A DNA stretch of 64,000 nucleotides from Eledone cirrhosa (taxonomy: Eukaryota). The notes below the pieces were generated by a model. That model did not search any database, was not told where the DNA came from, and saw nothing but the letters and a program-made list of their open reading frames with translations. The stretch is taken from assembly GCA_964016885.1 (NCBI GenBank), contig OZ024741.1:88040001-88104000 (forward strand), read 5' to 3'. Shown here one piece after another: positions 12,561-25,053 of this stretch. Positions within the stretch are counted from its first letter, which is position 1; each line of letters starts with the position of its first letter. A program made the translations under genes and the position numbers.

Positions 12561-12944
12561 GGAGGCATATGGCTTAGTGGTTAGAGCATTGGCTTTGGAA
12601 TCGAAAGGTTGAGTTCAATTCTCAGACCGGGTGATGTGTTGTTTCCTTGAGCAAGACACTTTATTTCACATTGCTCCAGTTTACTCAGCTGTAGAAATGA
12701 GATGATAAGACTGGGGTCCCTATATCATTCCACTGCAAAGTGGTCGTGGAGGTGCCACGGCAAAAAAGCACCCAGCCCACACTGTAAAGTGGACGTGTAG
12801 GCACGACGGAAAAAAAGCACCCAGCATTCACTGTAAATGAGGTTGGTGTTAGGAAGGGCATCCAGCTGTAGAAATCAAGCCAGAATCAGTTCCCGTCCCA
12901 CCCTTGCAAGCAGGGAAAAGCAGACGTAAAATGATGATGATAAT
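12561..12944 (+). mobile_element. tRNA-derived CORE-like SINE with RTE-derived 3' tail
   Basis: A-box TGGCTTAGTGG 12570, B-box GAGTTCAATTC 12611, CORE-like CCTTGAGCAAGACACTTT 12645; tail nearly identical to LINE 3' UTR 9251-9410; (TGA)n end. Confidence 0.8.
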
Positions 12945-13412
12945 AGAGTGCTAATATTGGTACCTTCCTCAGTAAACCACAAATCTTCTGAATCACCCAA
13001 TATATATCATCATCATTTTACACCTGCTTGTCCATGCTTGCATGGGTCCTTTTCAGCACAGCATCTCTCAACATGATGCTCCTTCATGAATCTGTGATTT
13101 GAGATCAGCTCTCAGCACCTCCACCGAGGTCTTTCTTGGTCTGCTTCTCCTGCAGCTTCCTTGGCACTTCATCATCCATGCACATCGCATGTATATGTAC
13201 TTTTAACATTCTTTTTATTTTCATTACTTTCTCTCACAAATTCCACAATCCAATCTTGTATTATCAACAAAGGAATTTTAACATCAAATGTAGGTTCAGT
13301 ACAAATACAAAGCATATTAAAACGTAAATCAGAAAGAAAATGTTTACCAAAATAATATTATATAGAATATTTCTCCCTGGCATAATTCCTATGATCATTA
13401 TTGATCTAGGAC

Positions 13413-13587
13413 GGTGGATTGGCAGTATCGGTAGAGGGTTGGACGCCATGCTTTGCAGCATAGAGTTACGGTCCTTTATGGTCAGAGTTCAAATCCCGCC
13501 GAGGTTAACTTTGCCTTTCATCCTTACGGGGTCGATAAAATAAAGTACTGGGATAATTGCTGGCCTTGTGCCAAAAGTAGAAACAAT
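13413..13587 (+). mobile_element. tRNA-derived SINE, family 2, with target-site duplication
   Basis: Flanked by direct repeat TTGATCTAGGAC at 13401-13412 and 13588-13599; A and B boxes present. Confidence 0.85.
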
Positions 13588-14266
13588 TTGATCTAGGACA
13601 GAAGATCAATACAAAAGAATAGTACAAGGGAAGTGAAGATTCAACTAAAAGTTTATTGGTTGTCATACCAACAAACCAAAGACCCATCCACAAATACAAA
13701 CACTGTAGCACTAAAATTAAAAGAGCTAAGAGACAAGCGGCTAGTCTTGGTCATCAAATGGAAACAATATAGAGTTTGAGAGGACTCTTCAATCTGGACA
13801 AACATGCAACAAGATCTAGAGTTGGAGCCACACACAAAAAAATGCATCAAATACAAACTGTAAACTGAATGGCATCTAGCTGTAGAATTACACCAAGTAT
13901 TATGGAATGTATGAGCAAGATGAGGTTGCTCCAACCCATCTAGTCATGGACTATAACAACTCATCCATCCTATATGAGTCTGGAAAGCAGACATAAAATG
14001 ATGAAATGTGTATGTAGGTATGTTCCAACATGTAGGCCACAGTTTTACTTCTAGGAAGCTGAAATTTTGTACATGGTCACATCTTTTCAATGTCATGGGC
14101 TCCATAATTGTTTAACTTCAGATGGAAAAACAAAGAATATTGTATACTTGCAAGCATTGCAATTGACATAGGAAAAAATGTTACCGATTAGAAAAATATT
14201 TCAATTAGTCACCATCATTATTGTTCTTACATATTTTTCCATTCTTGCAATGTATGGATGTGGAAA

Positions 14267-15498
14267 CTGCCCATGGGAACTGAATCAATGGCTGAACTAG
14301 AGAAGAAATTCCAAACATGGAAGCATGGCCTAGAATCAAAAGGCCTTAAAATTAACCTGTCTAAGACTAAAGTTCTAGTTTGTAGGAAGGAAAATAGGGC
14401 ACTGGTCCCATCTGGGAAATGGCCATGCTCAGTGTGTGGGAAAGGAGTAGGCAGAAACTCCATTTTATGTCTCTCCCAAATGCAAAGTATGGGTGCATAA
14501 AAGATGTAGTGGGATCACAGGTAAGCTAAGTAAGAATATAGATTTTAAATGTGGCCGGTGCTCAGGTGCAATAAATAGCAGCAAGTGCCCATAGAATACT
14601 AGCTCATTCCCTTGCACAGATGGTTCTATAGAAATAGAGAACACCTTTCGTTACCTGGGTGACAAAATCAGCAGTGGTGGAGGGTGCTCTGAAAGTACAG
14701 TAGCTCGAGTCAGAATGGGATGGAAAAAGTTCAGAGCTTATACCATTATTGGCCGCTAAAGGGTTCTCTCTAAAAATGAAAGGCTGGCTGTATGATGCCT
14801 GCATACGAACAGCAATGTTACATGGCAGTGAGACTTGGGCATTGTGTGCAGAGGAACGAAGCTTGCATGCTCCGTTGGATGTGTAATAGTAATATACGTG
14901 AATGGCAAAGCATAAATGAACTAAGGGAGAAATTAGAAATAAGAGGGATCAGATGTTGTTTACTCGAGAGAAGACTACGTTGGTATGGTCACGTGATGCG
15001 CATGAAAGACGACAGCTGTATAAAAAAGTGCAGGGCTATAAAAATAGATGGTAGCCACGGAGTAGGCAGACCCAGAAAAACCTGGGACGACTTGATAAAT
15101 TCCGACCTCACACACTTACACCTCTCCAAGACAATGTCACTGGACCGAGATCTTTGGCGCTACACAGTAATACAAAAGACCCCCCCCCCCCCTTGCCTAA
15201 GTACAAAGCAAAACCTAGTCAGTAGGCACCTCTTAACAAAAATACACCCCCACCCCTTTCGATGTAAAGTTATGCTGGTACCACAACATCCAGTCCGAAA
15301 TAAATGAGGTCGTGTAGGTAACACGGTAAAAACCTCCCAGTCCACACTGTAAACGTGGTTGGTGTTAGGAAAGGCATCCAGCCGTAGAAAACCCGCCAGA
15401 CAGTCCTATATGAGCAAGACAACCAATCTTACCTCAAGTGGGAAAATTCCCGTCCAAACCCATGCAAGCATGAAAGATGGACGTTAAACGATGATGAC
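14267..15498 (+). mobile_element. 5'-truncated RTE LINE (RT C-terminus with PHD-like finger, 3' UTR)
   Basis: KKFQTWK...KTKVL...WPCSVCGKGVGRNSILC...LRWYGHVMRM...RPRKTW; GGACGTTAAACGATGATGA tail. Confidence 0.92.
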
Positions 15499-15544
15499 TC
15501 TCTAAGGGCTGTGCAAACTGGTGTGTGAGTGTGTGAGACACCTC

Positions 15545-16000
15545 ATTCATGTCATGTTGCTGTTACATCTATCCTCTAAGAACCTCACAGAATGGTAAGG
15601 GAGAGAGGAACCCCATGTCATGCAGGAAGTAGTACATGTATTCTCTGAGGCTCTCACAGACTGGTGGAGTGGGGGAGGAATCACATCTCATGCAGGAAGT
15701 AGTACATGTATTCTCTGAGGCTCTCAGACTGGCGGGTGAAAGGAGGGATGAACCTTATGTCAAAAAGGAGATGCAAGATCTATCCCTGAGGGCTTCAGAG
15801 ATAGGTGGATAAAGGGAGGGAGCTATGTCATGTAGGAAGTGATACATCTATTTTCTGAGGGTCGTACAGACAGGTGAGTGGAAGGAGGGAGGAACCACAT
15901 TTCATGTAGGAAGTGATACATCTACCCCCGAGGGTCTCACAGGCATGTGGTTAAAGGGCAGGAGGAACCACATATCATGTAGGAAGAGGTACATCTTTCC
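15545..16000 (+). repeat. Degenerate ~70-bp minisatellite, about 7 units
   Basis: Unit approximates TCATGYAGGAAGTGATACATCTATTYTCTGAGGGTCTCACAGACTGGTG...GGAGGAACCA; motif recurs at about 15621, 15691, 15762, 15831, 15905 and 15978. Confidence 0.85.
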
Positions 16001-17570
16001 AAGGATAAGGATGAATATGGACAATTAACAACCTAATGATTTAAGGAAACACCCATGCTAGTGTAGAAGATAGACGTTAAATGATGATGGCTGACCTGAG
16101 TAGAAGACAGACAGACAGATAAACTGTCATGTTTAATTAAATGATATAGCCATAATTCTAACAAAAAATTTCACTAAATTTCAGAAGCCAGGTATTTTTC
16201 ATTTTGAAAACCAGTGGATCATTGTAGCTCTAAAATATTCTAAAGTGCAGAGTGTGGCAGTCTGAGCATATTGTCACAGCTTTTTGTTGACCGTTTTATA
16301 CTAACTTTTATTAAAAACAGGCAAGAGAGCGCATAAAAGAAATATTGACAAGGATTATAGATGAGCATCATTAGTTACAAATTCGAAAAGGTATGTATAG
16401 TACCGACAAATGTAATTCCTTAGATATTTCCGGAAAAGTAAAAATTTCTCATGGAAAAATAATGTACCCACCACTCTGTAGAGTTTAAGAATGTAAGCGA
16501 GATATGACCCCTGGCCTATCTGAGACATCAGTAGCTTCAATTAAGCACCAACTTGTTTTGCCAGCCCAACCAACACTTGCTTGAAAGGAAAGCAAACATT
16601 AAATGATGAACTAGTTTTCTTGTGTATTACTACTTGCTAATGTAGACCACGAGCAGAAGTTTTCGATGAAGTACCCTGCAGCGCCTTGTTTCATTGTGGC
16701 ATACTTGAGTACTTGTAATGCAATTTGCTCCATTGCAAGCATTTGAGCCAGGTCTTAGGTATGTGGATACTTTCTTTCCGCATGTCTTGGCAAGGATTAT
16801 CGGCACCAACCTTCTCAAGCAATAAAAAAAATTCTTAGTTTCCTTAGTCTACTATTTCAATTACAAATCACAACTCTTAACATCCTGTACCAAATGAAAC
16901 CACATTAGCAAAACATTTTTGAAAACTACAAAATAGCACTATGACTGGTTCACATTAAAAATAAAATTCTTTACTCTAATATTCCAAAATTTCACCGTCC
17001 AGTAGCAAAAGATACTACAAACATTTGAATTTACAAACCTGCTTTCAGACATTTTCAGTTAAATCATTACAAAAGATTAAGAGTTAATTATAGATCTCCC
17101 TACAGCGGAGATGTAAAAGATAATTTTCAAAGTAAAAAAAAATAAACTCATGCTGAAGGTAAATACAAACACACACAAACAAAACACATTTCCAACACAT
17201 AAAAATAAAATATAATCAATAAAATAGTCACAAAGATGAACAAAAACAGATTAAAAATAGTTAATGACCTGCAAAATACATTTTCCACTTTTATTATATA
17301 TAATGTCCCAATCCCCCCAATATCTTTGATACAAAAAAATATTCTTCAGGTCATAAGAGCTACAACCTGATACATAAATGTATTAACTACAAATAGAAGT
17401 TCTAAATGAAGCATAAGCAGGACATGCTAGAAGAGTAATCAGCATTTAGAGCTGATTATACTATAAAAAATGACTTGATTGTTCATTACAGCACACATGA
17501 CAGCAGACATCTACAAGCCCGGTTGGTTTTTTTACCCAGTGAATGATTTCAACATGTCAACAAACACGTT

Positions 17571-17604
<34 letters not shown>

Positions 17605-18376
17605 GTACATACATATACACACACACACACACACATATATACGCACATATACATACATGCATATATATACACACACATATATGAAAGAGTCTAAGGATTA
17701 TCACTCTATAATGAGTGTCTATATATATGTAAGATATAGTTAATAATGAAGGATTAGATTAGTGAAATATTACTATCCACCTCTAACAGTCGACATGTGG
17801 AGTAAATTTTTCAATTATTTTCTAGTACTTTTATTTTTTAATGTAAAACGATTGAAAAGCAGAGGTGAACGTATATACACACATATATATGTATGTGCAT
17901 AAATACGCATGTATATATATATATACCCACGTATTTATATATACATATTCATTACATCTGACAAAAGAAATACAAGATCTAATCTAGAAATGGTAATTTT
18001 TTTTCTCCTACTTTTATTAATAATGAATAAATCAGCCATTAACAGGAAGAAATTGACAAAAAAGTTATGAAATATTATTATTATTATGATAGTAATAAAC
18101 CTTTCCATGTTAAAGCTAAGAATCAGGGAAAGGTAAATAAATTTAAAAAGTAAAATGAAATTTAAAATTTATGATTTATCTAAATGAAAATAAATAAAAT
18201 TTGTTTTAATATTTCATGAAGAACTTTGAAGTTTACAATATTTTACCAACTATCTGAGCGAATGTAATGATTTTTTTTCAAACTGTGCAGTCAATTCTAT
18301 GAATGACGAAGTTCACGACCAATATTTGTGTAAGCCATGGTCTCGAGGGAGGGAAATTTTTTTTTTAAAATAAAAA

Positions 18377-18613
18377 TTAATTGCTATCATCTTCAATCTT
18401 TGTTCGTTTCGATGATGGCTTACTATCTGTATCATCGGTTGCTATTGGCTCTGCTGTGTTGCTGTTTTGTGTGTCTGGAGAATGTTCTAGCTCTTCCGAG
18501 GTGCGTTTTTTGCCACCGATATTCCTGTTCTTTAAGTCAACAATAAGACAAGTCATGTTGTCACAGCCAGTGCCATCACCCATAGTGTTTGGGGCTAAGC
18601 AATAATCAAATAT
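18377..18613 (-). CDS. PPM1G: PPM1G exon 10 (last coding exon)
   Basis: poly-T tract then cag|IFDYCLAPNTMGDGTGCDNMTCLIV...KKRT...SKRTKIEDDSN*; GCDNMT motif and basic NLS-like tail; TAA stop. Confidence 0.96.
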   Translation of the reverse strand: MFDYCLAPNTMGDGTGCDNMTCLIVDLKNRNIGGKKRTSEELEHSPDTQNSNTAEPIATDDTDSKPSSKRTKIEDDSN

Positions 18614-19735
18614 CTGAAAAAAAAAAAAAAAAAAAGTCTCTTGAAAATGCAGGTAAGACATGCTCTCCTCAATATTTTCCCCTTTCTTTATCTTACTTTT
18701 ACCTGTTCCAGCCATCTAGCTGTCTATCTTTCTATTTCTTCTATCCCTCGTTCTATTTTCTGATGAAAGATTAATGTTCAAAACATTAAGACTTTCTTCC
18801 TACTATACAAGTATTAAGCTAATATATATCATCTTTAATTGTATTGTTCTCACATGTTGTTTTACACATAACTATAATCAGGTAAAATACTCGTCGATAT
18901 GGAAAAAGTATACAGAGCCACCTGTAAGGAATCAAACCACACATCTCCCATACACGGGGTGAGTGTTTTTATTATTACGTCAAAAGCTGCCTATTACACT
19001 CTTTTTAGAAGATCTAAGTGTGTTAAGAATTGCTTGACTTTCAAAGTATAGGGAAACTTGAAAATATAGTAGCCATAATGCAGATAAGTATAAATAATGG
19101 GTTCTAGGTTTGGAACAAGGCCATCAATTTAGAAGAAGTGTAAGTCAATTATATCAACCCCAATATTTATAATGCTTTATTTTATCTACCAAGGACATAG
19201 GTCATAATCGTTTCTACAATTACCCAGTGCATTACTGGTACTTTAGAGGTCATAATGAAATACTGCAATGCATTTCATCCGATGCCGATCCACCACCCAT
19301 TTTTAAAATTTGCTTTCCATGCTAGCATGAGCTGGACAGGTCGTCATGCATCAAACCAGTTTTTATTTCGAGTTAATGCCCTCTATATATTTCATGGTAC
19401 TAATACTTATACTGAATGCATTCTACCAAGGCACCAGCACTAGAGAGGTTGTCATTGTTGAAACTGGCCATTCATACTGATGTTAAGGTATTGTTCTTAA
19501 AATAAATAATATCAAAATCTCATAGATTCGATATTATGTGAGATAAAGCCTTTACCGTGAAAATACAATAGTACATATAGAGTAATGTAAATGCTAAAGG
19601 GTTAAAATACTTTAATGAGAAAGTGGTTTTTAGGTTGTAAATCTTGTGTTTACACCTAATATTTGAACTGATTATCTGACTATTTACATGATTTAAAATG
19701 TAGTGACAGGTTGAAAATAACTGATGCTAATTTAC

Positions 19736-19829
19736 CTCTTCACAAACTGCAGCTAAATCTGGTTTCCTGTTTGGATCTTCAAGCCGCTCTTTAACAAAAT
19801 CAACCACTTCTTGACTAGACATAAAATTC
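19736..19829 (-). CDS. PPM1G: PPM1G exon 9
   Basis: ttcag|NFMSSQEVVDFVKERLEDPNRKPDLAAVCEE|gtaaat; phase 2 to 0. Confidence 0.95.
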
Positions 19830-20323
19830 CTGAAACAAAAAGAATTACAACAATACTATAGTGTCATCAAAAATCGTTGTACATTTGACAATGGTTCTAA
19901 ATAGACTGTTGCTCTGACAATATGTGTCTGGATTACTGCGAGCTAATCTAGCTTACGCATTAATATGCCTGCTTCTATTAGCTACATTAGCTGTCATTTA
20001 TAGAACATTCTATAGTTCTAAATATGAACTGGTGTTAAAAACCTCATTCAAGTATCTATTTAACTGTAATTTAAATGTTTATTGTACTTTTATTAATTGA
20101 CAGATTATTGAAATTTTTCTCAGACTCACGAAGACTAGGTTTTGTTAGAGGTGGCCTTTACTCGCCTTGCAGCTACATTATTGGGGTTGTTGTTAAAACA
20201 AGATGTGAACAGAACAAAGCAGAGACAAAATAACAAAAGTAGTCACTGAGAAGGTCACAGAATGTGTGATGAAAGAGCTTCTAGTGACAATCAACAACTT
20301 AACAACCATCTGGTTATTGAACT

Positions 20324-20739
20324 TGTAGTGACCTACATTCCGCGGGCTCACATACATTCTCTGTGCGTGATTTGGCTCAGCTCAGCCAATCAGCGCCAGT
20401 AGAAGAGGATGTATCCCTACGCGTTCTGAGGGAGAAATAGCCTGCAAAGATTTGAGGACGCTAGGACTCGCAGCTTCGACCGTGCTAAGGTAAACAACCA
20501 TTTTTCTTGCGCCGTGAAATCACTAGCCAATATGTAACACAACAATTTAACCACGGCCTGGCAACGCTTCTCTCAGCCTGTAGCCCGTGTCTTTCTGTAA
20601 TCTTAATTGAATTATTTCATTTCTCTTGGCATGCCAGCTCAACCTCTGTTAATAAATAATGTAAAACCAAGCTAAAAGTCATTGTCGATATTCCTATTAT
20701 ATCTTTCTACCAAACCTGGTTCCTCGTGGCAACATTACA
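20324..20739 (+). mobile_element. Putative LTR (TG...CA) followed by PBS-like motifs and a truncated internal region
   Basis: TGTAGTG...CATTACA termini, internal AATAAA near 20651, downstream TGGTGACCCTTCGACG resembling a tRNA-Trp primer-binding site. Confidence 0.55.
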
Positions 20740-21074
20740 ACTTCTGAAATATACTTCCCCGCTAAATCTGGTGACAACACATCTTTCACCAAATTGGTGA
20801 CAATATACCTCAACCAAATTGGTGACTTTTATATTCAACAAAGAGAAACATTCACTTTTCTTTATTGGTGACCCTTCGACGATAAAGAATAAAAACGCAG
20901 CCTATTTGAATTCACCATTCGTTTTAACGGCAATATGGAGTGGCTTAACATTGGGAATATTCGAATCGGGTTGCCAACTAGCAAATTATAATAATTTGTG
21001 AAACCCAACAGGTGCATGTGTTTTTATTGCCAGCCTGACCCTCCTAAATTATTATATATATATAATATGCAGAG

Positions 21075-21549
21075 TACTCAAACTTGATGGTAGGCATGGA
21101 GTAGGCAGGTCTAGTAAGACTTGGGATGAGATAATAAGAGCTGACTTAGCTCAATTACACCTCACTAAGGCAATGACATAGGACCATGACCTCTGGCACT
21201 ATGAAGTATTACAGAAGACAAGCCTTCCATTATTCTCGGGCTAAGGCATATACCCAATAAGCAACACCATTCCCTACCAAGTTTCCAACCTCCTCTATAA
21301 AGTGATCCGTACCTGGAACCATGACAAATGCAAGAGCCCAGTCCACACTGTAAAGTGGTTGTGTAGGTGTCACGACAAAAGCAACCAGTCCACACTGTAA
21401 ATGTGGTTGGCATTAAGGGCATCCAGCAATAGAAACCAATCCAAAATCAGTTCTGTTTGAGCAAATCATGGTCCCCTGACCTGATCCCTCACAAAGGGAC
21501 AGCCCATCCTACCCATGCTAGTGTGGAAGATGGACGTTAAATGATGATG

Positions 21550-21550
<1 letters not shown>
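21075..21550 (+). mobile_element. RTE LINE 3' fragment
   Basis: DGRHGVGRSSKTWDEIIRADL...DHDLWHY, then the family 3' UTR and (GAT)n, between (TA)n runs. Confidence 0.85.
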
Positions 21551-21580
<30 letters not shown>

Positions 21581-21957
21581 CAAGTTTTATATGGTGTTAA
21601 AATTGCAACTTTTCTACCTTTTAAAAGTCTTTTCACTATATTTCTATCTGTATAAACACATTGAGCATACATTTTCTCACTCACAATTTCTTTTCATCAT
21701 CATCAAACATCCATTTTCCAGACTAGCATATATTTATTATTAAAAAATATGTAGAATATATATATATACGTGTGTAAATCTACATACTCCTGTATGTTTG
21801 TATGTATTTGATACAACCTTGCAGTTACTTCTAACTTATATTATATATAAAGTACCAGTAATGCACTGGGTCATTGCTGGCCTTGTGCCTAACGTAGAAA
21901 CAATTATATATATAAAACCCATGCTAAAAGTGAGACAAAAGGTTACTGTATATTTAC

Positions 21958-22087
21958 CATATTCCATCACATGCAAGAACAAGAAACTCATCATCTTTGC
22001 TTAAGGTCCAACTTTGGAGGTCTGGCAGTGCTGTTATCATTTGTTCCTCAGGTGGTAATTCAGTATACTGTTTATAAGAATGGTCCC
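21958..22087 (-). CDS. PPM1G: PPM1G exon 8
   Basis: [44 protein letters not shown]; contains the DGIW metal ligand; phase 1 to 2. Confidence 0.97.
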
Positions 22088-23119
22088 CTACAAAACAAGA
22101 AAGTAATTTATTTATGTAACCAGAGCCAGACTTCCTAGATAGACTGGAGGTGGCAACATGCTTACATATGCTCACACATTCTTTCTCTCTCTCTACACAC
22201 ACACATTGCACTGGATGTATTTTATCACTAGGGAAACTGCCATGTCTTTGACACAACCTAGACCCTTTGTTTGGCAATGTTATTTATTTCCAAGAATGAA
22301 AGAGAAATTTGATCTTAAGAATGAAGACAATCCAAATAGCTGGTGCCTAGTGAATTAGCAGAGATCACAAATATTTATTATGGGTAAATTAAGAAAGACA
22401 TTATAATTTTGAATAAAACAGAATTACAAACTAACCCAAATTTGCAACAGTTTACAAATACTATTTAGAAATGACTGAAAACCATACTGTTTGAATATTA
22501 TTGTCTGAATTCAAATCCCGCCGAGGTTAACCTTGCCTTTCATCCTTATGGGGTTGATAAAATAAAACACCAGTAACGTACTTGTGTAATTGCTGGTCGT
22601 GTGTCAAAAGTAGAAACAAATATTATTTAGTCACACATACAGGCTTGGTGCTGAGCCTTGTTGCTCAGGGGGACTTCTGAACATTCTGGGTAGGACACTC
22701 ACAAAGAACATATTTTAGAATGTTTTATAAATCATTTTCTAAATTTAAGTGTGCCCCATTGAAAAGTAGTTGGAGCAATGCCATCCAGTGTCCCCCTCTT
22801 GGTGACATGACAGACTTGCAAACACCAGAATTGTTGTGGTGGTGGTGGTGGTAGAATAGCAGAATTGTTAGAGCTTCAATTAAAATGTCCCTTTATGTTT
22901 TGAGTTCAAAACTATGGTTGATAGACTTTATACTTCTCTAAAATGTATGGCTGCCTACCAATGTAAGAAAACAACAACAATTATTTTAATATTCATTTCC
23001 CCAACCAATGTAGATGCCAACCTTGAAGGCCACACGAAAATCTACTTCATGACTACAAACAGATAGAGAGAGAGAGACGAGGGCAGTAAATGATTTACAA
23101 TAAAACATGTCTGCATTAC

Positions 23120-23354
23120 CAATTGCTCTGGACAAATTAAGCCCTCCATTAACACGACCATCACTTGTAACCTTTCCACCAGCTGCTTCAATACGAGCCT
23201 TCTCACCCTCATCTTCAGGTTTATGGTCAATTGAGAGATCAATAGCCTTGCCGTTACTACATAAGACACAGCGTGAATCGCCAGCATTAGCTACAACCAA
23301 CTGTTGGCCTTGCAACAGAGCAACAACGGCAGTACAACCACTGTCCATTCCAGG
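23120..23354 (-). CDS. PPM1G: PPM1G exon 7
   Basis: [30 protein letters not shown]...[20 protein letters not shown]...[13 protein letters not shown]: PP2C core motifs; phase 0 to 1. Confidence 0.97.
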
Positions 23355-23437
23355 CTGCAATTAAGAAAAAAAACAGTAAACCATTACAAAATAACGATTC
23401 TGCATTGCCTGTGTGTGTGTATATGTATATATATATA

Positions 23438-23792
23438 TGGTGTTAGGAAGGGCATCCAGCTGTAAAAACACCCGCCAGAGAGTCACGGTCTCCCAACCAT
23501 TCCCGCATCAAATGGAACAAAACCGTCTAACCCATGCTAGCGTGGAAGATGGACATTAAACGATGATGATGTTATATATATATCATCATCACCGTTTACA
23601 TCCGTTCTTCTATGCTAGCATGGGTTAGGCGGGTTGTCCTGTTGTGGGCAGTGTCCAGTCAGCTGACCTTGTCTTGCTCATACGGGAATTGATTCTGGCT
23701 TGATTTCTACAGCTGGATGCCCTTCCTAACACCAACCTCATTTACAGTGAGTGCTGGGAGCTTTTTTGCCGTGGCACCTCCACAACCACTTT

Positions 23793-23795
<3 letters not shown>
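23438..23795. repeat. Tail-to-tail pair of RTE 3'-end fragments around a (TA)n tract
   Basis: Plus copy about 23438-23571 and minus copy about 23582-23795 share GTTAGGAAGGGCATCCAGCTGTA and CTAACCCATGCTAGC. Confidence 0.85.
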
Positions 23796-23824
<29 letters not shown>

Positions 23825-24953
23825 TAAACTTAAGCTAATATCTTGATTGAGGGGGATATAAGATAGACAAACAACTTTTTGATTGATATCATTGTCATCA
23901 CTGTTTAACATCCATTTTTTCCACACTAGCATGAGTTAGATGAGTTGTCCCGTTGTGAGACAAGCCAGAGCAGATGACAGTGTCTTGCTCACACAACTGA
24001 TTTGGGCTGATTTTCTGCAGCTGGATGGCCTTCCTAACGCCAATCACATTTAGTGTGTACTAGGTGCTTTTTATCACGGCACCCAAACAACCACACACAC
24101 GCATTATATAATCTTGCCACACACCGCGTCATACCAAATCTCTCTGAGAATTACGTTATGGTTACACAAGTCTATAGAATGCCCATCCTCTTACACAATG
24201 TCATAAGCACAGGCTGTTCTGTTGATTGATCAACTGGAACATTGGCTGTTGAAACTGACGGAGTCTTACAACCTTCTTTCACATATCTCCCACCATCATC
24301 ATTTTTGCCTGCTCTTTACAGGAGCTCATTGTGGCACCCACCCTTACTTATAAAGCTAGGTGTTGATCAACCCTTGCCAAACTGCTGAGCCGTGGGTCAT
24401 AAACAAATATCACCGCCTGTGCAAGCAATTCTGAATTTCCATCAATCAATTTCACTAATAAGCTCCGAGGCAATAGTAAAAGTCATTTGCACAAGGTGCC
24501 ACACTGAGATATATCCTGAAACTGGTTGTGAAGTCAACTTCTTAACACTACCTAATAAATTATACTCTTATCCTTTATCCTCAGGCAGAATCAGCCTGAC
24601 AAAGATAATTTTTGAATTTATTAAAGACACAATCCAACTGACAGGCTTTCACACTGCTTTCATCAACCAAACTTCATTCACAACACTTGACTTGATACTA
24701 GGGTAGAATACACTCACCCAAGGTGTCAAACATTGGCACTGAAACTAGAACTGCATGAACGTGAAGAAAACTCCATAATCATTTGACCACACCTACTTTA
24801 CACATACACACAGTAAGGTAGAAATGTTTTTGGTAGTTAGCTATAACATTAATTTAAACACTTATTTTCAAGTATTACTAGCATAGAAATTGAATGTTAA
24901 ATGATGATTACAAAATCAAAACCCTCTAGGAAGATAGGCTAAAGTATACATAC

Positions 24954-25053
24954 CTCTTCACTGTCTTTCATCAAATTTTGGTTATCATAGTCATCTTCAT
25001 CATCATCTTCTGCTTCATCTTCCTCATCTAGACCATTATCCTCACTGCTATCA
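24954..25053 (-). CDS. PPM1G: PPM1G exon 6 (acidic tract)
   Basis: ttcag|DSSEDNGLDEEDEAEDDDEDDYDNQNLMKDSEE|gtatgt; phase 2 to 0; joins exon 7 to give the conserved EEPGxDSG. Confidence 0.9.

Noticed and set aside
12561-12630. tRNA gene
   Set aside because: A and B boxes are present but there is no proper cloverleaf; it continues into a SINE body and has dispersed copies
15545-16000. CRISPR-like array
   Set aside because: Eukaryotic context, units diverge along their whole length rather than forming constant repeats with unique spacers, and no cas genes
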